Source: an uncultured Bacilli bacterium (GTDB lineage Bacteria > Bacillota_I > Bacilli_A > RF39 > UBA660). Taken from it: 64,000 bases of DNA. Made by a program: the position numbers and the translations under genes. The DNA lies in contig CASTSB010000002.1 in assembly GCA_949451605.1 (NCBI GenBank), forward strand, positions 46,654-110,653, given 5' to 3'. This document shows, piece after piece, positions 30,833 through 41,263 of the stretch (position 1 is its first letter; each line of letters starts with the position of its first letter). The notes under the pieces are model-generated. The model worked only from the letters and a program-made list of their open reading frames with translations, did not search any database and was not told where the DNA came from.

Positions 30833-32581
30833 ATGAGTATTTTAAAAAAAATAAATGAAGAATTAAAACAAAAACTAGAAAGCATAGGGTATAAAGTAGA
30901 TAATATTACTCTACTACCATCAAATAGAAAAGATTTAGGTGATTTTCAAATAAATGATGCCATGAATCTTGCTAAAATTTATAAGAAAAGCCCAGTAGAA
31001 ATAGCAAAAGAAATAGTTGAATGTTTAAAAAAAGATCCAAAATATACTAATATTAATATTGCAGGACCTGGATTTATAAATTTAACATTAAGTGAAGAAT
31101 TTTTAACAGAAGAATTAAATAAGATATCAACAGATATTCATTATAATATTGATAAGCCAGAATTTAAAAAAGTAATTATAGATTTTGGGGGAGCTAATGT
31201 AGCTAAATGTTTACACGTAGGGCATTTAAGAAGTGCTAACCTAGGAGAAGCATTAAAACGTCTAGCAAGATTAATGGGATATGAAGTTTTAGGAGATGCT
31301 CATCTAGGAGACTACGGAAGACCACTAGGACTTGTTGTATTAGAAATTAAAAAAATGTATCCAAAGTTAGAGTACTTTAACAAAGACTATACAGGAGATT
31401 TTAGTGAAATAGATCTTCCAATTACTAATGATGATTTAGAAAAAATATATCCACTAGCATCAATCAAATCTAAAGAAGATGAAGCATACTTGGAAGAAGC
31501 AAGAGAAATCACTGCAAAAATCCAAAACCATGAAAGAGGATATTATGATTTGTGGAAAAAGGTTGTAGAAATTTCAAAATCGGAAATTAAGAAAGTTTAT
31601 GATACTATAAATGTTGATTATGATCTTTGGCTAGGGGAAAGTGATTCTGTAGAATACTTTGATGAACTCAACAAAATATTTGAAGAAAAGCATTTATTAA
31701 CAGATAGCGATGGAGCTAAAATAATTTTATTAGAAGAAGAAACAGATAAAGCCCCAATGCCTCCATTACTATTTATAAAAAGCAATGGCTCAATCTCATA
31801 TGAGACAACTGACTTAGCAACTATTCTTCAAAGAAAAAAAGAATATGATCCAGACGAAATTTGGTACTGTGTAGATGGAAGACAAGAATTACACTTTGAT
31901 CAAGTTTTTAGAGCAGCTAGATATGCAAATTTAGTAGATGAAAAAGTAAAACTTGAATTTATAGGCTTTGGTACTATGAATGGAAAAGATGGAAAGCCAT
32001 TTAAAACTAGAGATGGCGGAATAATGACTTTAAAAGACTTAATCAAACTTGTAAATGAAGAAACAATTAAAAGAATAAATTTGGAGAATATAAGTGAAGA
32101 AGAGAAAAAAGAAATAGCTCTTAAAGTTGCTATTGCTTGCCTTAAATATTCTGATTTTATACCACATAGATCAACTGATTATATTTTTGAACTAGATAAA
32201 TTTGCTGATTTAGAAGGAAAAACAGGATCATATATACTTTATTCAACAATTAGAATGAAATCATTACTTGCTAAATCATCAGGTATAAAACAAGAGAAAA
32301 TGCATAGTATAAACGGAGAAACAGAAAAAGAAATAGGACTTATATTATTAAATTTACCATCAGTTTTATCAAAAACTTTAGAAACTAAATCTTTAAATGA
32401 TTTAACTGATTATATCTTTAAATTAACATCAGCTTATAATAAATTTTATTCTGAAAATAAGATATTAATTGAAGAAAATCAAGAAAAAAGAGAATCATGG
32501 CTAGTTTTGACTTCATTAGTTTATAAGACTAATTTATTAATACTAGATGTATTAGGTATTGAAGTACCTGACAAAATGTAA
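30833..32581 (+). CDS. argS: arginine--tRNA ligase
   Basis: 582 aa. HIGH-type motif (NVAKCLHVGHLRS), C-terminal DALR anticodon-binding domain. Confidence 0.9.
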   Translation: MSILKKINEELKQKLESIGYKVDNITLLPSNRKDLGDFQINDAMNLAKIYKKSPVEIAKEIVECLKKDPKYTNINIAGPGFINLTLSEEFLTEELNKISTDIHYNIDKPEFKKVIIDFGGANVAKCLHVGHLRSANLGEALKRLARLMGYEVLGDAHLGDYGRPLGLVVLEIKKMYPKLEYFNKDYTGDFSEIDLPITNDDLEKIYPLASIKSKEDEAYLEEAREITAKIQNHERGYYDLWKKVVEISKSEIKKVYDTINVDYDLWLGESDSVEYFDELNKIFEEKHLLTDSDGAKIILLEEETDKAPMPPLLFIKSNGSISYETTDLATILQRKKEYDPDEIWYCVDGRQELHFDQVFRAARYANLVDEKVKLEFIGFGTMNGKDGKPFKTRDGGIMTLKDLIKLVNEETIKRINLENISEEEKKEIALKVAIACLKYSDFIPHRSTDYIFELDKFADLEGKTGSYILYSTIRMKSLLAKSSGIKQEKMHSINGETEKEIGLILLNLPSVLSKTLETKSLNDLTDYIFKLTSAYNKFYSENKILIEENQEKRESWLVLTSLVYKTNLLILDVLGIEVPDKM

Positions 32582-32692
32582 AAAAACTGTTGTAATTATA
32601 AATAATATATGGTATAAGTTTAATGGTAATTTTTTTAAAGAACCAAATTATAAAATTTACATATAATGTTTGTTATATAGGAGGGCTACACT

Positions 32693-33136
32693 ATGAGTCT
32701 TAAAAAAATGAAAAAAGAAGATTTAGAGTTATTATCTAACAAAGATATTACATGTTTAATTCTAGAAGAAAGTAAAAAATCTATAAACACTGCAGATTTA
32801 TTTAGAAAAATAATTGAATTATTAGAATTACCTGCAAGTGTGTTTGAAAATAAAATTGCTGACTATTATACTGCTCTAGCAACAGATAAAAGATTTATTC
32901 TTTTAAAAGATGGAACTTGGGATTTGAGAAGCAGACACACATCTGATAAAGTTATAAAAGTATCTGATGAAGAAGATGAAGAGGAAGAAGAAGTAGAAGA
33001 GAAAGAAGAAACTGATGACGAAATCGAAGAAGATGAATTTGACGATTCTGAAACAGATGAATACGATGATGATACAAATGAAGAACTAAAAGACCTTGTT
33101 ATCATTGATGAAGATGAATTAGAACTAGAACAATAA
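32693..33136 (+). CDS. rpoE: DNA-directed RNA polymerase delta subunit
   Basis: 147 aa. N-terminal HARE-HTH-like domain followed by a long poly-acidic tail (EEDEEEEEVEEKEETDDE...). Confidence 0.7.
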   Translation: MSLKKMKKEDLELLSNKDITCLILEESKKSINTADLFRKIIELLELPASVFENKIADYYTALATDKRFILLKDGTWDLRSRHTSDKVIKVSDEEDEEEEEVEEKEETDDEIEEDEFDDSETDEYDDDTNEELKDLVIIDEDELELEQ

Positions 33137-33200
33137 TCTAGTTTTTTTCTTCAAGAAATTATGTTATAATACGAGTGATTACCGAAAAAGGGAGATTTAT

Positions 33201-34268
33201 ATGATAGATAGATTAGAAGTAACTTTACAAAAATATGAATTTTTAGAAGCAGAACTTACTAAACCTGAAGTACTTTCAGATATAAAAAAAACAAGAGAAT
33301 ATTCAAAAGAACTTGCCGATTTAGAAGATATAGTAGCATGTTATAAAAAATATAAAAAAGTTTTAGATGATATAGAATCATCAAAAGAAATGATTAAAGA
33401 TCCAGAATTAGGCGATATGGCTAAAGAAGAATTAAAACAATTAGAAGATGAAAAAGCTTCTTTAGATAAAGAGCTAGAAGTCTTATTAATTCCAAAAGAT
33501 CCTAACGATGGTAAAAACGTTGTAATAGAAATAAGAGGAGCTGCTGGTGGAGACGAAGCAAATATTTTTGCGGGTGACCTTTTTAGAATGTATACAAGAT
33601 ATGCAGAAAAGAAAGGTTTTTCATATCAAGTATATAACTCTGTAGAAGGAACTGCTGGTGGATTTAGTCAAATTGAATTTATTATAAAAGGTAAAAACGC
33701 ATATTCTTTACTAAAATATGAAAGTGGTTCTCATAGAGTACAAAGAGTTCCTGTTACTGAATCTAATGGTAGACTTCAAACATCTACTGCTACAGTTTTA
33801 GTAATGCCAGAAGCAGATGATGACATTGATATAGAAATCAATCCTAATGATTTAAGAATTGATATCTATAGATCAAGTGGTTGTGGAGGACAAGGAGTAA
33901 ATACAACAGATTCAGCAGTAAGAATAACACACTTACCTACAAATACAGTAGTAACATGCCAAAACGAACGTAGTCAAATTCAAAATAAAGAGCAAGCAAT
34001 GAAAGTTTTAAAAACTCGCCTTTATGAGCTACAAGAACAAGAAAAGCTTGAAAAAGAAGGGGCTGAAAGAAGAAGTAAAATAGGTACTGGTGATAGAGCA
34101 GAAAAAATACGTACTTATAATTACCCACAAAATAGAGTTACTGATCATAGAATTGGTTTCACTACAAAAAATCTTGATAGAGTAGTTGATGGAGATTTAG
34201 AAGAAGTAATTAATGCTTTAATTCAAGAGGACCAAAAAAGAAAACTTCAAGGAGAAACAGAAGAATAA
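33201..34268 (+). CDS. prfA: peptide chain release factor 1
   Basis: 355 aa. PxT-type domain and the GGQ motif (SGCGGQGVNTTDSAVRITHLPT). Confidence 0.9.
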   Translation: MIDRLEVTLQKYEFLEAELTKPEVLSDIKKTREYSKELADLEDIVACYKKYKKVLDDIESSKEMIKDPELGDMAKEELKQLEDEKASLDKELEVLLIPKDPNDGKNVVIEIRGAAGGDEANIFAGDLFRMYTRYAEKKGFSYQVYNSVEGTAGGFSQIEFIIKGKNAYSLLKYESGSHRVQRVPVTESNGRLQTSTATVLVMPEADDDIDIEINPNDLRIDIYRSSGCGGQGVNTTDSAVRITHLPTNTVVTCQNERSQIQNKEQAMKVLKTRLYELQEQEKLEKEGAERRSKIGTGDRAEKIRTYNYPQNRVTDHRIGFTTKNLDRVVDGDLEEVINALIQEDQKRKLQGETEE

Positions 34269-35095
34269 TGACTGTTGAAGAATTAATATGTTATGGAAAA
34301 CAGCACGTTCATTCATCCTATGCGAATATTTTACTTGCCGAGACAATAAATAAAAATGTTTTAGAACTATTAAATTACTTAGATTACGAAGTACCAGAAA
34401 AAGAAGAAAAAAAATATAAAAAAGCAGTAACTGCGATAGAAAAAGGTGAACCATTACAATACGCCTTAGGTTATGTAAATTTTTATGGCAATAGATTTAT
34501 AGTCAATAAAAATGTTTTAATACCAAGGTTTGAAACTGAAGAGTTAGTGGAAAATACTATTAAGTATACTAACGAATATTTTAAAAATGAATCAATAGAT
34601 ATAATAGACTTAGGATGTGGTAGTGGAGCAATCGGCTTAACATTAGAAAAAAAATTACCATTATCTAAAGTTGATATGATAGATATTGATGAAAAAGCAC
34701 TTTCAGTAGCCAAAGAAAATGCTAAAAATCTGAATAGTAATGCTAATCTTTTTCTTAGCGATATGTGGGCTAACGTTAATAAAAAATATGACATTATTAT
34801 TTCTAATCCACCTTATATAAAAACTATGGAAGAAATAGAAGAAATTGTAAAAAATAATGAACCTGCAATTGCTTTATTTGCTGGAATAGATGGATTAGAT
34901 TGCTATAAAAAGATATTTGAAAATATAAAAGATCATATGAAAGACAAATGCCTTATAGCTCTAGAAATTGGAATGACTCAAAAAGAAGATATTATTAATA
35001 TAGTAAAAGAAACACTAGGTGAAGTAAAAATCGAAACTAAAAAAGATTTATCTGAAAAAGATAGAATGATATTTATTTTTAAAAATATTGAATAA
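34268..35095 (+). CDS. prmC: release factor glutamine methyltransferase PrmC (HemK)
   Basis: NPPY motif (ISNPPYIKT), SAM motif DLGCGSGAIG. Follows prfA. Confidence 0.85.
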   Translation: MTVEELICYGKQHVHSSYANILLAETINKNVLELLNYLDYEVPEKEEKKYKKAVTAIEKGEPLQYALGYVNFYGNRFIVNKNVLIPRFETEELVENTIKYTNEYFKNESIDIIDLGCGSGAIGLTLEKKLPLSKVDMIDIDEKALSVAKENAKNLNSNANLFLSDMWANVNKKYDIIISNPPYIKTMEEIEEIVKNNEPAIALFAGIDGLDCYKKIFENIKDHMKDKCLIALEIGMTQKEDIINIVKETLGEVKIETKKDLSEKDRMIFIFKNIE

Positions 35096-35143
35096 AATAT
35101 AATAAAAGTCTCACTATAAAGAAAAGGAAAGTGAGATTTTTAT

Positions 35144-35656
35144 ATGAAAAAAACTTTTATATTTTTAGCACTAATAATTGCAATATTAAGTTTAAATAAA
35201 GAAGAAAGCATTAAAATTCCTAAAGAATCGATAAGATTTAGAGTAATAGCAAATAGTGATAGCAAAGAAGATCAAGAGATAAAAAAAGAAGTTGTTAATA
35301 AACTCTCTGAAGAAATAAATAAAACTACTTTAAGGAAATTAAGTATAGATAATAAAAGAAAAGAGATAAAAGAAAAGCTACCCAAATATGAGGAGGTAGT
35401 AGGCTTAACGTTATATGATACTCCTTATAAAGATAAATACACACTAAACTATGGATTAAATTACTTCCCAGAAAAAGAGTATAAAGGTGTTATATACGAA
35501 GAAGGAAAATACGAATCTCTTGTTGTTACTATTGGAGATGGACAAGGAAAAAACTTTTGGTGCGTATTATTTCCACCACTTTGCCAAATAGATGAAGAAA
35601 TAAAAGATGTTGAATATACATCACTTGTAAAAGAATTAATAAATAAGTATTTTTAA
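35144..35656 (+). CDS. spoIIR: stage II sporulation protein R
   Basis: Signal peptide, then RFRVIANSDSKEDQEIK, which matches the SpoIIR signature RFHVxANSD..ED. Same prfA-prmC-spoIIR neighbourhood as B. subtilis. Confidence 0.7.
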   Translation: MKKTFIFLALIIAILSLNKEESIKIPKESIRFRVIANSDSKEDQEIKKEVVNKLSEEINKTTLRKLSIDNKRKEIKEKLPKYEEVVGLTLYDTPYKDKYTLNYGLNYFPEKEYKGVIYEEGKYESLVVTIGDGQGKNFWCVLFPPLCQIDEEIKDVEYTSLVKELINKYF

Positions 35657-35732
35657 TTAGCATAATATTAAATAGATATATTTATCTATTTTTTTGTTTT
35701 ACATATTGAAAAGTAAATAAGCTTTGAAATAA

Positions 35733-35761
35733 TTGACAAAACTACTTAATTTTCTTATTAT
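35733..35761 (+). promoter_or_regulatory. sigma-A-type promoter upstream of fba
   Basis: TTGACA, 17-bp spacer, TATTAT. Confidence 0.4.
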
Positions 35762-35777
35762 TTAATTGGGTGATAAG

Positions 35778-36623
35778 ATGTTAGTTAACTCTAAAGAAAT
35801 GCTACTTAATGCAAAAAAAAATCATTATGCTGTACCTCATTTTAATATAAATAATTTAGAATGGGCAAAATTTATTCTACAAAAATGTAATGAACTAAAT
35901 ATTCCAGTAATATTAGGAGTAAGTGAAGGTGCTGCTAATTATATGGGAGGATTCAATACGATTTCAGGAATGGTAAAAGGTTTAATTAATGATTTAAATA
36001 TTAATATCCCAGTATGTTTACATGTAGACCATGGAACATGCAAAGAAACATGTATCAAGGCAATTGATGCAGGATTTACCTCTGTAATGATTGACGCTTC
36101 TCGTCACGAATTAGAAGAAAATATAAAAATTACAAAAGAAGTAGTAGATTATGCACATCAAAGAGGAGTAACAGTAGAAGCAGAAGTAGGACATATTGGA
36201 GGTAGTGAGGATAACATCACAAGTACATCAACTAATGCAACTTTAAACGATTGTTTAATATTATATAATAATACTGGTATAGACTCTCTAGCACCAGCAC
36301 TAGGAAGCGTTCATGGATTTTATAAAGGTGAACCTAATTTAGATTTTGAAACAATGAAAATAATAAACGATAATATTGATATACCACTTGTTCTTCACGG
36401 AGGAAGTGGCATACCAGAAGATAAGATTAGAAAAGCTATAGAATGTGGAATTTCTAAGATTAATGTTAATACTGAATTACAGGTTGTATGGTCTAAAGCA
36501 GTTAGAGAAAAATTACAAGCTGATAGTTCAGTTTATGATCCCAGAAAAATAATTGGAAGTGGTGAAGCATCACTAAAAAACAAGGTAGAAGAAATAGTTA
36601 AACTATTCGGAACGAGAAATTAA
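35778..36623 (+). CDS. fba: class II fructose-bisphosphate aldolase
   Basis: MLVNSKEMLLNAKKNHYAVPHFNINN and the zinc-ligand region HVDHG. Start taken at the ATG after RBS GGGTGATAAG; the track ORF starts 12 nt upstream at a TTG. Confidence 0.85.
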   Translation: MLVNSKEMLLNAKKNHYAVPHFNINNLEWAKFILQKCNELNIPVILGVSEGAANYMGGFNTISGMVKGLINDLNINIPVCLHVDHGTCKETCIKAIDAGFTSVMIDASRHELEENIKITKEVVDYAHQRGVTVEAEVGHIGGSEDNITSTSTNATLNDCLILYNNTGIDSLAPALGSVHGFYKGEPNLDFETMKIINDNIDIPLVLHGGSGIPEDKIRKAIECGISKINVNTELQVVWSKAVREKLQADSSVYDPRKIIGSGEASLKNKVEEIVKLFGTRN

Positions 36624-36635
36624 ATACACAGGAGG

Positions 36636-37898
36636 TTGAATATGAAAATAATGGAAATTGAAGGTGCCAAAGAATTAAATGGTACCATAAGAATAAGTGG
36701 CGCTAAAAACGCAACTGTTGCCTTAATACCAGCAGCTATATTAACAGATGAAGAAGCTACTATTTGTAATGTACCAGAAATTACTGATACTGAGGCATTA
36801 TGCGATATATTATCCTTATTAAAGGCGGATGTAAAAAGAGCCAGCGAAAGCATCGTAATAAATCCTAAAAGTTTAGAAAATATTGAAATTGAAGAAAAAT
36901 ATTCAAAAAAACTTAGAGCTTCTTATTATTTTATGGGAGCATTACTTGGAAAATTTAAAAAGGCAGTAATGTATTTTCCAGGAGGATGTTCAATAGGAGC
37001 GAGACCAATAGATTTACATTTAAAGGGTTTTGAAGCATTAGGTGCAAAAGTAACAAATGAAAAAAACAAATATATTGTAGAGGCCGAAGAATTAAAAGGA
37101 GCCAATATTTATTTAGATATTGCAAGTGTTGGCGCGACAATTAATATTATGCTAGCAGCAGTTAAAGCAAAAGGAACAACAATAATTGATAATGCTGCTA
37201 AAGAACCAGAAATCGTTAATGTAGCAACATTTTTAAATAATATGGGAGCAAAGATTAGTGGAGCAGGTACATCCACAATTAAAATTGAAGGTGTAGACTA
37301 TTTACATAATTGTTTTCATGAAATAATTCCTGATAGAATAGAAGCAGGAACATATTTAATTATTGGTGCACTATGTGGAAATAATTTAAAAATTGACAAT
37401 ATTATTCCAGAACATTTAGATTCTATTACATCAAAGCTAGAAGAAATCGGTGTTAGTTTAGAAGTAGGTCTAGATTATATTACTATTAATAAAAGTAATA
37501 ATACATTTAAACCTACAACTATTAAAACAGCTGTCTATCCAGGTTTTCCAACAGATTTGCAACAACCATTTACTGTACTTTTAACTCAATGTAATGGAAA
37601 GTCTAAGGTTGTTGAAACTATTTGGGAAAATAGATTTATGCATATACCTTATTTAAAAGATTTAGGAGCCGACGTAGAAGTTAAAAATCAAACTGCAACA
37701 ATAATAGGACCAAGTAAATTACATGGTACACAAGTAGTAGCAACAGACTTAAGAGCAGGAGCTGCCATGGTAGCAGCAGGATTATTTGCTACTGGAACGA
37801 CAACCATTACTAATGTGGAACATATTTTAAGAGGATACGAACAAATAATAGAGAAACTTACAGGTGTAGGTGCTAAAATAACTTTAAAAGAAATATAA
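36636..37898 (+). CDS. murA: UDP-N-acetylglucosamine 1-carboxyvinyltransferase
   Basis: 420 aa. Active-site region around CSIGARPIDLH. Confidence 0.9.
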   Translation: MNMKIMEIEGAKELNGTIRISGAKNATVALIPAAILTDEEATICNVPEITDTEALCDILSLLKADVKRASESIVINPKSLENIEIEEKYSKKLRASYYFMGALLGKFKKAVMYFPGGCSIGARPIDLHLKGFEALGAKVTNEKNKYIVEAEELKGANIYLDIASVGATINIMLAAVKAKGTTIIDNAAKEPEIVNVATFLNNMGAKISGAGTSTIKIEGVDYLHNCFHEIIPDRIEAGTYLIIGALCGNNLKIDNIIPEHLDSITSKLEEIGVSLEVGLDYITINKSNNTFKPTTIKTAVYPGFPTDLQQPFTVLLTQCNGKSKVVETIWENRFMHIPYLKDLGADVEVKNQTATIIGPSKLHGTQVVATDLRAGAAMVAAGLFATGTTTITNVEHILRGYEQIIEKLTGVGAKITLKEI

Positions 37899-37932
37899 TT
37901 AAATATATATTTCTTTTTTTGTGGGTGATAAA

Positions 37933-38652
37933 ATGAAAAAACTAATTAGTCCTAAAATGCAGTTTTTATTCTTTATTATTTTAATTTCAATATTTTTAAT
38001 ATATAAAAAGAATTGTTCAAACAATATAACTTATCTATCTTTAGGAGATGGATATGCCTTAGGTACGAACTCATATGGTATAGCAGATTACGGGTATAGT
38101 GATTTCTTAAAGGATAAATTTAAAAAACAAAATCAATTAAAATTTTACACAAAAGATTTTTCTAATAAAGACATGTCTATAAAAATGCTTCAATCAAACA
38201 TTTCTAATAACGAAAAAAGTGAAAGATTAAAACATAAAATAGGCTTAAAAGAAGAATTGCAAAACGCAGATATAATTACTATTAACGTGGGACTTAATGA
38301 TTTAAAATATTCAATTTTATTAGAAGAAGAAATGAGCTATAATAAATTAGATTTAATTATTAATAAACTAACTCTTGATTTTAATGATCTTATTAAAGAA
38401 ATTAGAAAGTATTATAAAAAAGATATTTTCGTTATTGGTTATCCTATAAACTATTTAGAGTCTTACTATTTAAGTTTGGGCACTAGAAAATTAAATGAAG
38501 TTTATCAAAAAAATAGAGATATTATATTTATATCCACTTCTTACTTAGAACAAAATAAAGAAAAATTCTTTTCAAATCCAAAAAGTAACTACTATAACAG
38601 TAAAGGTCATAAAGATATTGCAAATAAAATCTTTACAAGATACTCCGAATAG
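37933..38652 (+). CDS. SGNH/GDSL-family hydrolase (secreted or membrane-anchored)
   Basis: N-terminal transmembrane segment, then LSLGDGYALG (GDS(L)-like block I) and later conserved blocks. Family assignment is tentative. Confidence 0.5.
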   Translation: MKKLISPKMQFLFFIILISIFLIYKKNCSNNITYLSLGDGYALGTNSYGIADYGYSDFLKDKFKKQNQLKFYTKDFSNKDMSIKMLQSNISNNEKSERLKHKIGLKEELQNADIITINVGLNDLKYSILLEEEMSYNKLDLIINKLTLDFNDLIKEIRKYYKKDIFVIGYPINYLESYYLSLGTRKLNEVYQKNRDIIFISTSYLEQNKEKFFSNPKSNYYNSKGHKDIANKIFTRYSE

Positions 38653-38756
38653 AATAATTTGTATAACAAACGTTAATATTTAATTTTCTGTTTGCCTTGA
38701 AATTATAGATATATAAATATATAAATATATACTTAATGTAGAGTAGAGGTAATAAT

Positions 38757-39437
38757 ATGAGAACTATAAGACAAAATAAAATGATTAGAATTTGAATACT
38801 TGTTATGATAATAGGCGGTCTTTCTATTGGATTTGCCGCGTTTTCAAATAGTTTAAATATTAAATCAAGTACAACAGTTTCACCTAGCCAAGATGAATTT
38901 AAGATAGAAGCCTCATGCTCATCTAATGCTGCAAATGAGTGTGAAATAACACCAACGGCTAATAACGAAATTCTAATTTCGAATTCTTCTAAGGCTATAA
39001 TTGAAAATACAAATGATGGCATTATTGTTAAAAATATAAATTTTTATTTTACTGAGCCAGGTCAGGAAATTACCTATTCCTTTTATGTAAGAAATGTTGG
39101 TAATTTAACAGCTTATATAAAAAGTTATGTTTTCAAAAATATTGATGGACTTTCTAAAACGGTAAAATGTACAGCTGGAGAAGGGACTTCTCAAAAATTA
39201 GTCGACGCTTTTTGTAATAATGGGCTAAGTTATAATTTTAGTGTTTTAAATTCTACTACTGGCTATGGTATTTATCATGCCTTTGAAGACTCAACAAATC
39301 AAAAAATTGAAATTAATAAATCAGGTTTAATATCTTTAACAGTTAAGTATTATGATAAACAAAGAAGAGTTGATGGCCCTGTTGAAATAGAAATAGGTGA
39401 ATTTTACATCAATTTTTCTACCGTTCCTAATAGCTAG
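38757..39437 (+). pseudogene. TasA/camelysin-like secreted protein with in-frame TGA inside the signal peptide
   Basis: ATG 38757 encodes MRTIRQNKMIRI, then TGA at 38793-38795, then in the same frame ILVMIIGGLSIGFAAFSNSLNIK... (track ORF 38805..39437). The joined peptide is a textbook n-region plus h-region signal peptide, and GFAAFS resembles the TasA/CalY GTFAYFS motif. Confidence 0.45.
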
Positions 39438-39561
39438 TCACATTATGAATAATATTAAAATTAAAATCTATCAAAAAAACTAGACAATTAGAGAAATTCT
39501 TGTTATACTAATAACGCATTTAATTACTATGACTTAATGTCATGGCGGAAGGAGTGAAAGA

Positions 39562-39780
39562 ATGAAAAAGAATATTCATCCAGAAATGAAAGACTGTGTT
39601 GTTACATGTGCTTGTGGAGAAACTTTTACTACAAAATCAATTAAATCTGAAATTCCAGTAGAAGTTTGTTCTAAATGTCATCCTTTTTATACAGGAAAAC
39701 AATCTAGAGCTTCACGTGCAGGACGTGTAGATAAGTTTAATAAAAAATACGGATTTGCTCAAAATGAAACTGCTGAATAA
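39562..39780 (+). CDS. rpmE: 50S ribosomal protein L31
   Basis: [22 protein letters not shown] with a CxxC zinc-ribbon pair. Confidence 0.9.
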   Translation: MKKNIHPEMKDCVVTCACGETFTTKSIKSEIPVEVCSKCHPFYTGKQSRASRAGRVDKFNKKYGFAQNETAE

Positions 39781-39842
39781 GCGGTTTTTATTTTTCTATT
39801 TTTATCTTTATATGCTATACTAAAAATAGTTGAGGTGAAAAA

Positions 39843-40283
39843 ATGAAAATAGGAATTACTAGTGATCATAGAGGATATGACTTAAAAGAATATTTAAAGA
39901 AAGAATTAGAAAAAGAAAATTATGAAGTAATTGATTATGGAACTTTTTCCACAGAATCTGTGGATTATCCTGATTATGCATTTACTCTTTCCACAAATGT
40001 TGTTGAAAAAATAGTTGATTTTGGAATTGCTATTTGTGGATCAGGAATAGGTATTAGTATTGCTTGCAATAAAGTAAAAGGAATTAGATGTGCCAAAGTC
40101 TCTAACAAAGAAGAAGCTATCGCAACAAGAATAGATAATGATGCAAATATAATTGCATTCGGAGAAAAAACTACAAAAGAAGATGCTATTGAGCTTGTAA
40201 AAACATTTATAGAAACTCCTTTTTCTAATTTAGAAAAGCATATAAGAAGAATAAATAAGATTAAAGAATATGAGGAAAAATAG
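39843..40283 (+). CDS. rpiB: ribose-5-phosphate isomerase B
   Basis: 146 aa. MKIGITSDHRGYDLKEYL, catalytic Cys region GIAICGSGIG. Confidence 0.85.
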   Translation: MKIGITSDHRGYDLKEYLKKELEKENYEVIDYGTFSTESVDYPDYAFTLSTNVVEKIVDFGIAICGSGIGISIACNKVKGIRCAKVSNKEEAIATRIDNDANIIAFGEKTTKEDAIELVKTFIETPFSNLEKHIRRINKIKEYEEK

Positions 40284-40481
40284 ATGAACGGAAAGTTATT
40301 TGTTTATATACTAATGACCATATTAACTGTATGGTCTATGGACGCAGTAAATATTAATCAAATATTTAAAAAAAATAGAGTCTATGAAGCTAGGGTATTT
40401 TACTTTCTTTTAGGCATTTCCTTAATTTATTTATCAACCAATTTTATAATGGATTTATATACATCTTTAAAAATGTTATAA
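40284..40481 (+). CDS. hypothetical small membrane protein
   Basis: 65 aa with two hydrophobic segments. Weak support only. Confidence 0.25.
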   Translation: MNGKLFVYILMTILTVWSMDAVNINQIFKKNRVYEARVFYFLLGISLIYLSTNFIMDLYTSLKML

Positions 40482-40532
40482 GATATGTATAAATTCTTTT
40501 TTTTTGGAAAAATTATAAATGAGGTGAAAATA

Positions 40533-41162
40533 ATGAAAAGATTAAAACTAAGATCTTATGTAGTTCCAACATTATGTGCAATTGTAGTATTTACTTTATT
40601 TGTTTCATCATTTTTTATGAACAGTAGTAGTTCAAATCCATCTCCTACGAACTATGTTACTGATATTATATTAGGTGATAAACTACCAGTAATGAACACA
40701 ACTGATAAAGTCATAAATCCTTATGTATCAAGTAATGTGACAATTGGTAAAAGCTTTTATGATTATAAAGCAAAAGAAGAAGATCAAGAAAAGTCTATTG
40801 TAAAATACGATGATACTTACATGCAAAATTCAGGGGTAGATTTTGTAAGTGAAGAAACTTTTGATGTTGTAGCAATTTTAGATGGAGAAGTAATAAGTGT
40901 AACTGAAGATGAGACTTTAGGACGTATTATCAAAATTCAACATGATAATGAATATACATCTGTTTATCAAAGCCTTTCAGCAACAGAAGTTGAAAAAGGA
41001 ACTAAAGTAACTCAAGGACAAGTAATAGGAAAAAGTGGAACAAATAAGATGGACAAAGATTTAGGAAATCATTTACATTTTGAATTATATATAAAGGGTC
41101 AAATGGTTAATCCTATCTCTTATTTAAATAAAAATTTAGAAGTTTCATCAAAAGGAGAGTAA
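40533..41162 (+). CDS. M23 family peptidase (SpoIIQ-like, upstream of mreB)
   Basis: N-terminal transmembrane anchor. C-terminal HLHFELYIKGQMVNP and a preceding D/H pair. Start taken at the ATG after RBS GAGGTGA; the track ORF starts 48 nt upstream. Confidence 0.6.
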   Translation: MKRLKLRSYVVPTLCAIVVFTLFVSSFFMNSSSSNPSPTNYVTDIILGDKLPVMNTTDKVINPYVSSNVTIGKSFYDYKAKEEDQEKSIVKYDDTYMQNSGVDFVSEETFDVVAILDGEVISVTEDETLGRIIKIQHDNEYTSVYQSLSATEVEKGTKVTQGQVIGKSGTNKMDKDLGNHLHFELYIKGQMVNPISYLNKNLEVSSKGE

Positions 41163-41263
41163 TATTACTCTTTTTTTAATATAAAAAAGAATTTATTCAT
41201 ATAACTATACTATAAAGAATAAAAATTATGGTAAAATATTTATGACAAAAAGGAAGTGGCAAA

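Noticed and set aside
35766-37936. Shared 12-13-nt motif TGGGTGATAA(G/A)ATG at the starts of fba and the GDSL gene as a possible regulatory repeat
   Set aside because: It is simply a strong RBS (GGTGA) at optimal spacing plus ATG. That explains the upstream TTG/GTG pseudo-starts in the ORF track without invoking a regulatory repeat.
38793-38795. Selenocysteine recoding of the in-frame TGA in the TasA-like gene
   Set aside because: Sec in the middle of a signal peptide makes no biological sense, and no SECIS-like hairpin follows. Pseudogene or sequencing error is more parsimonious.
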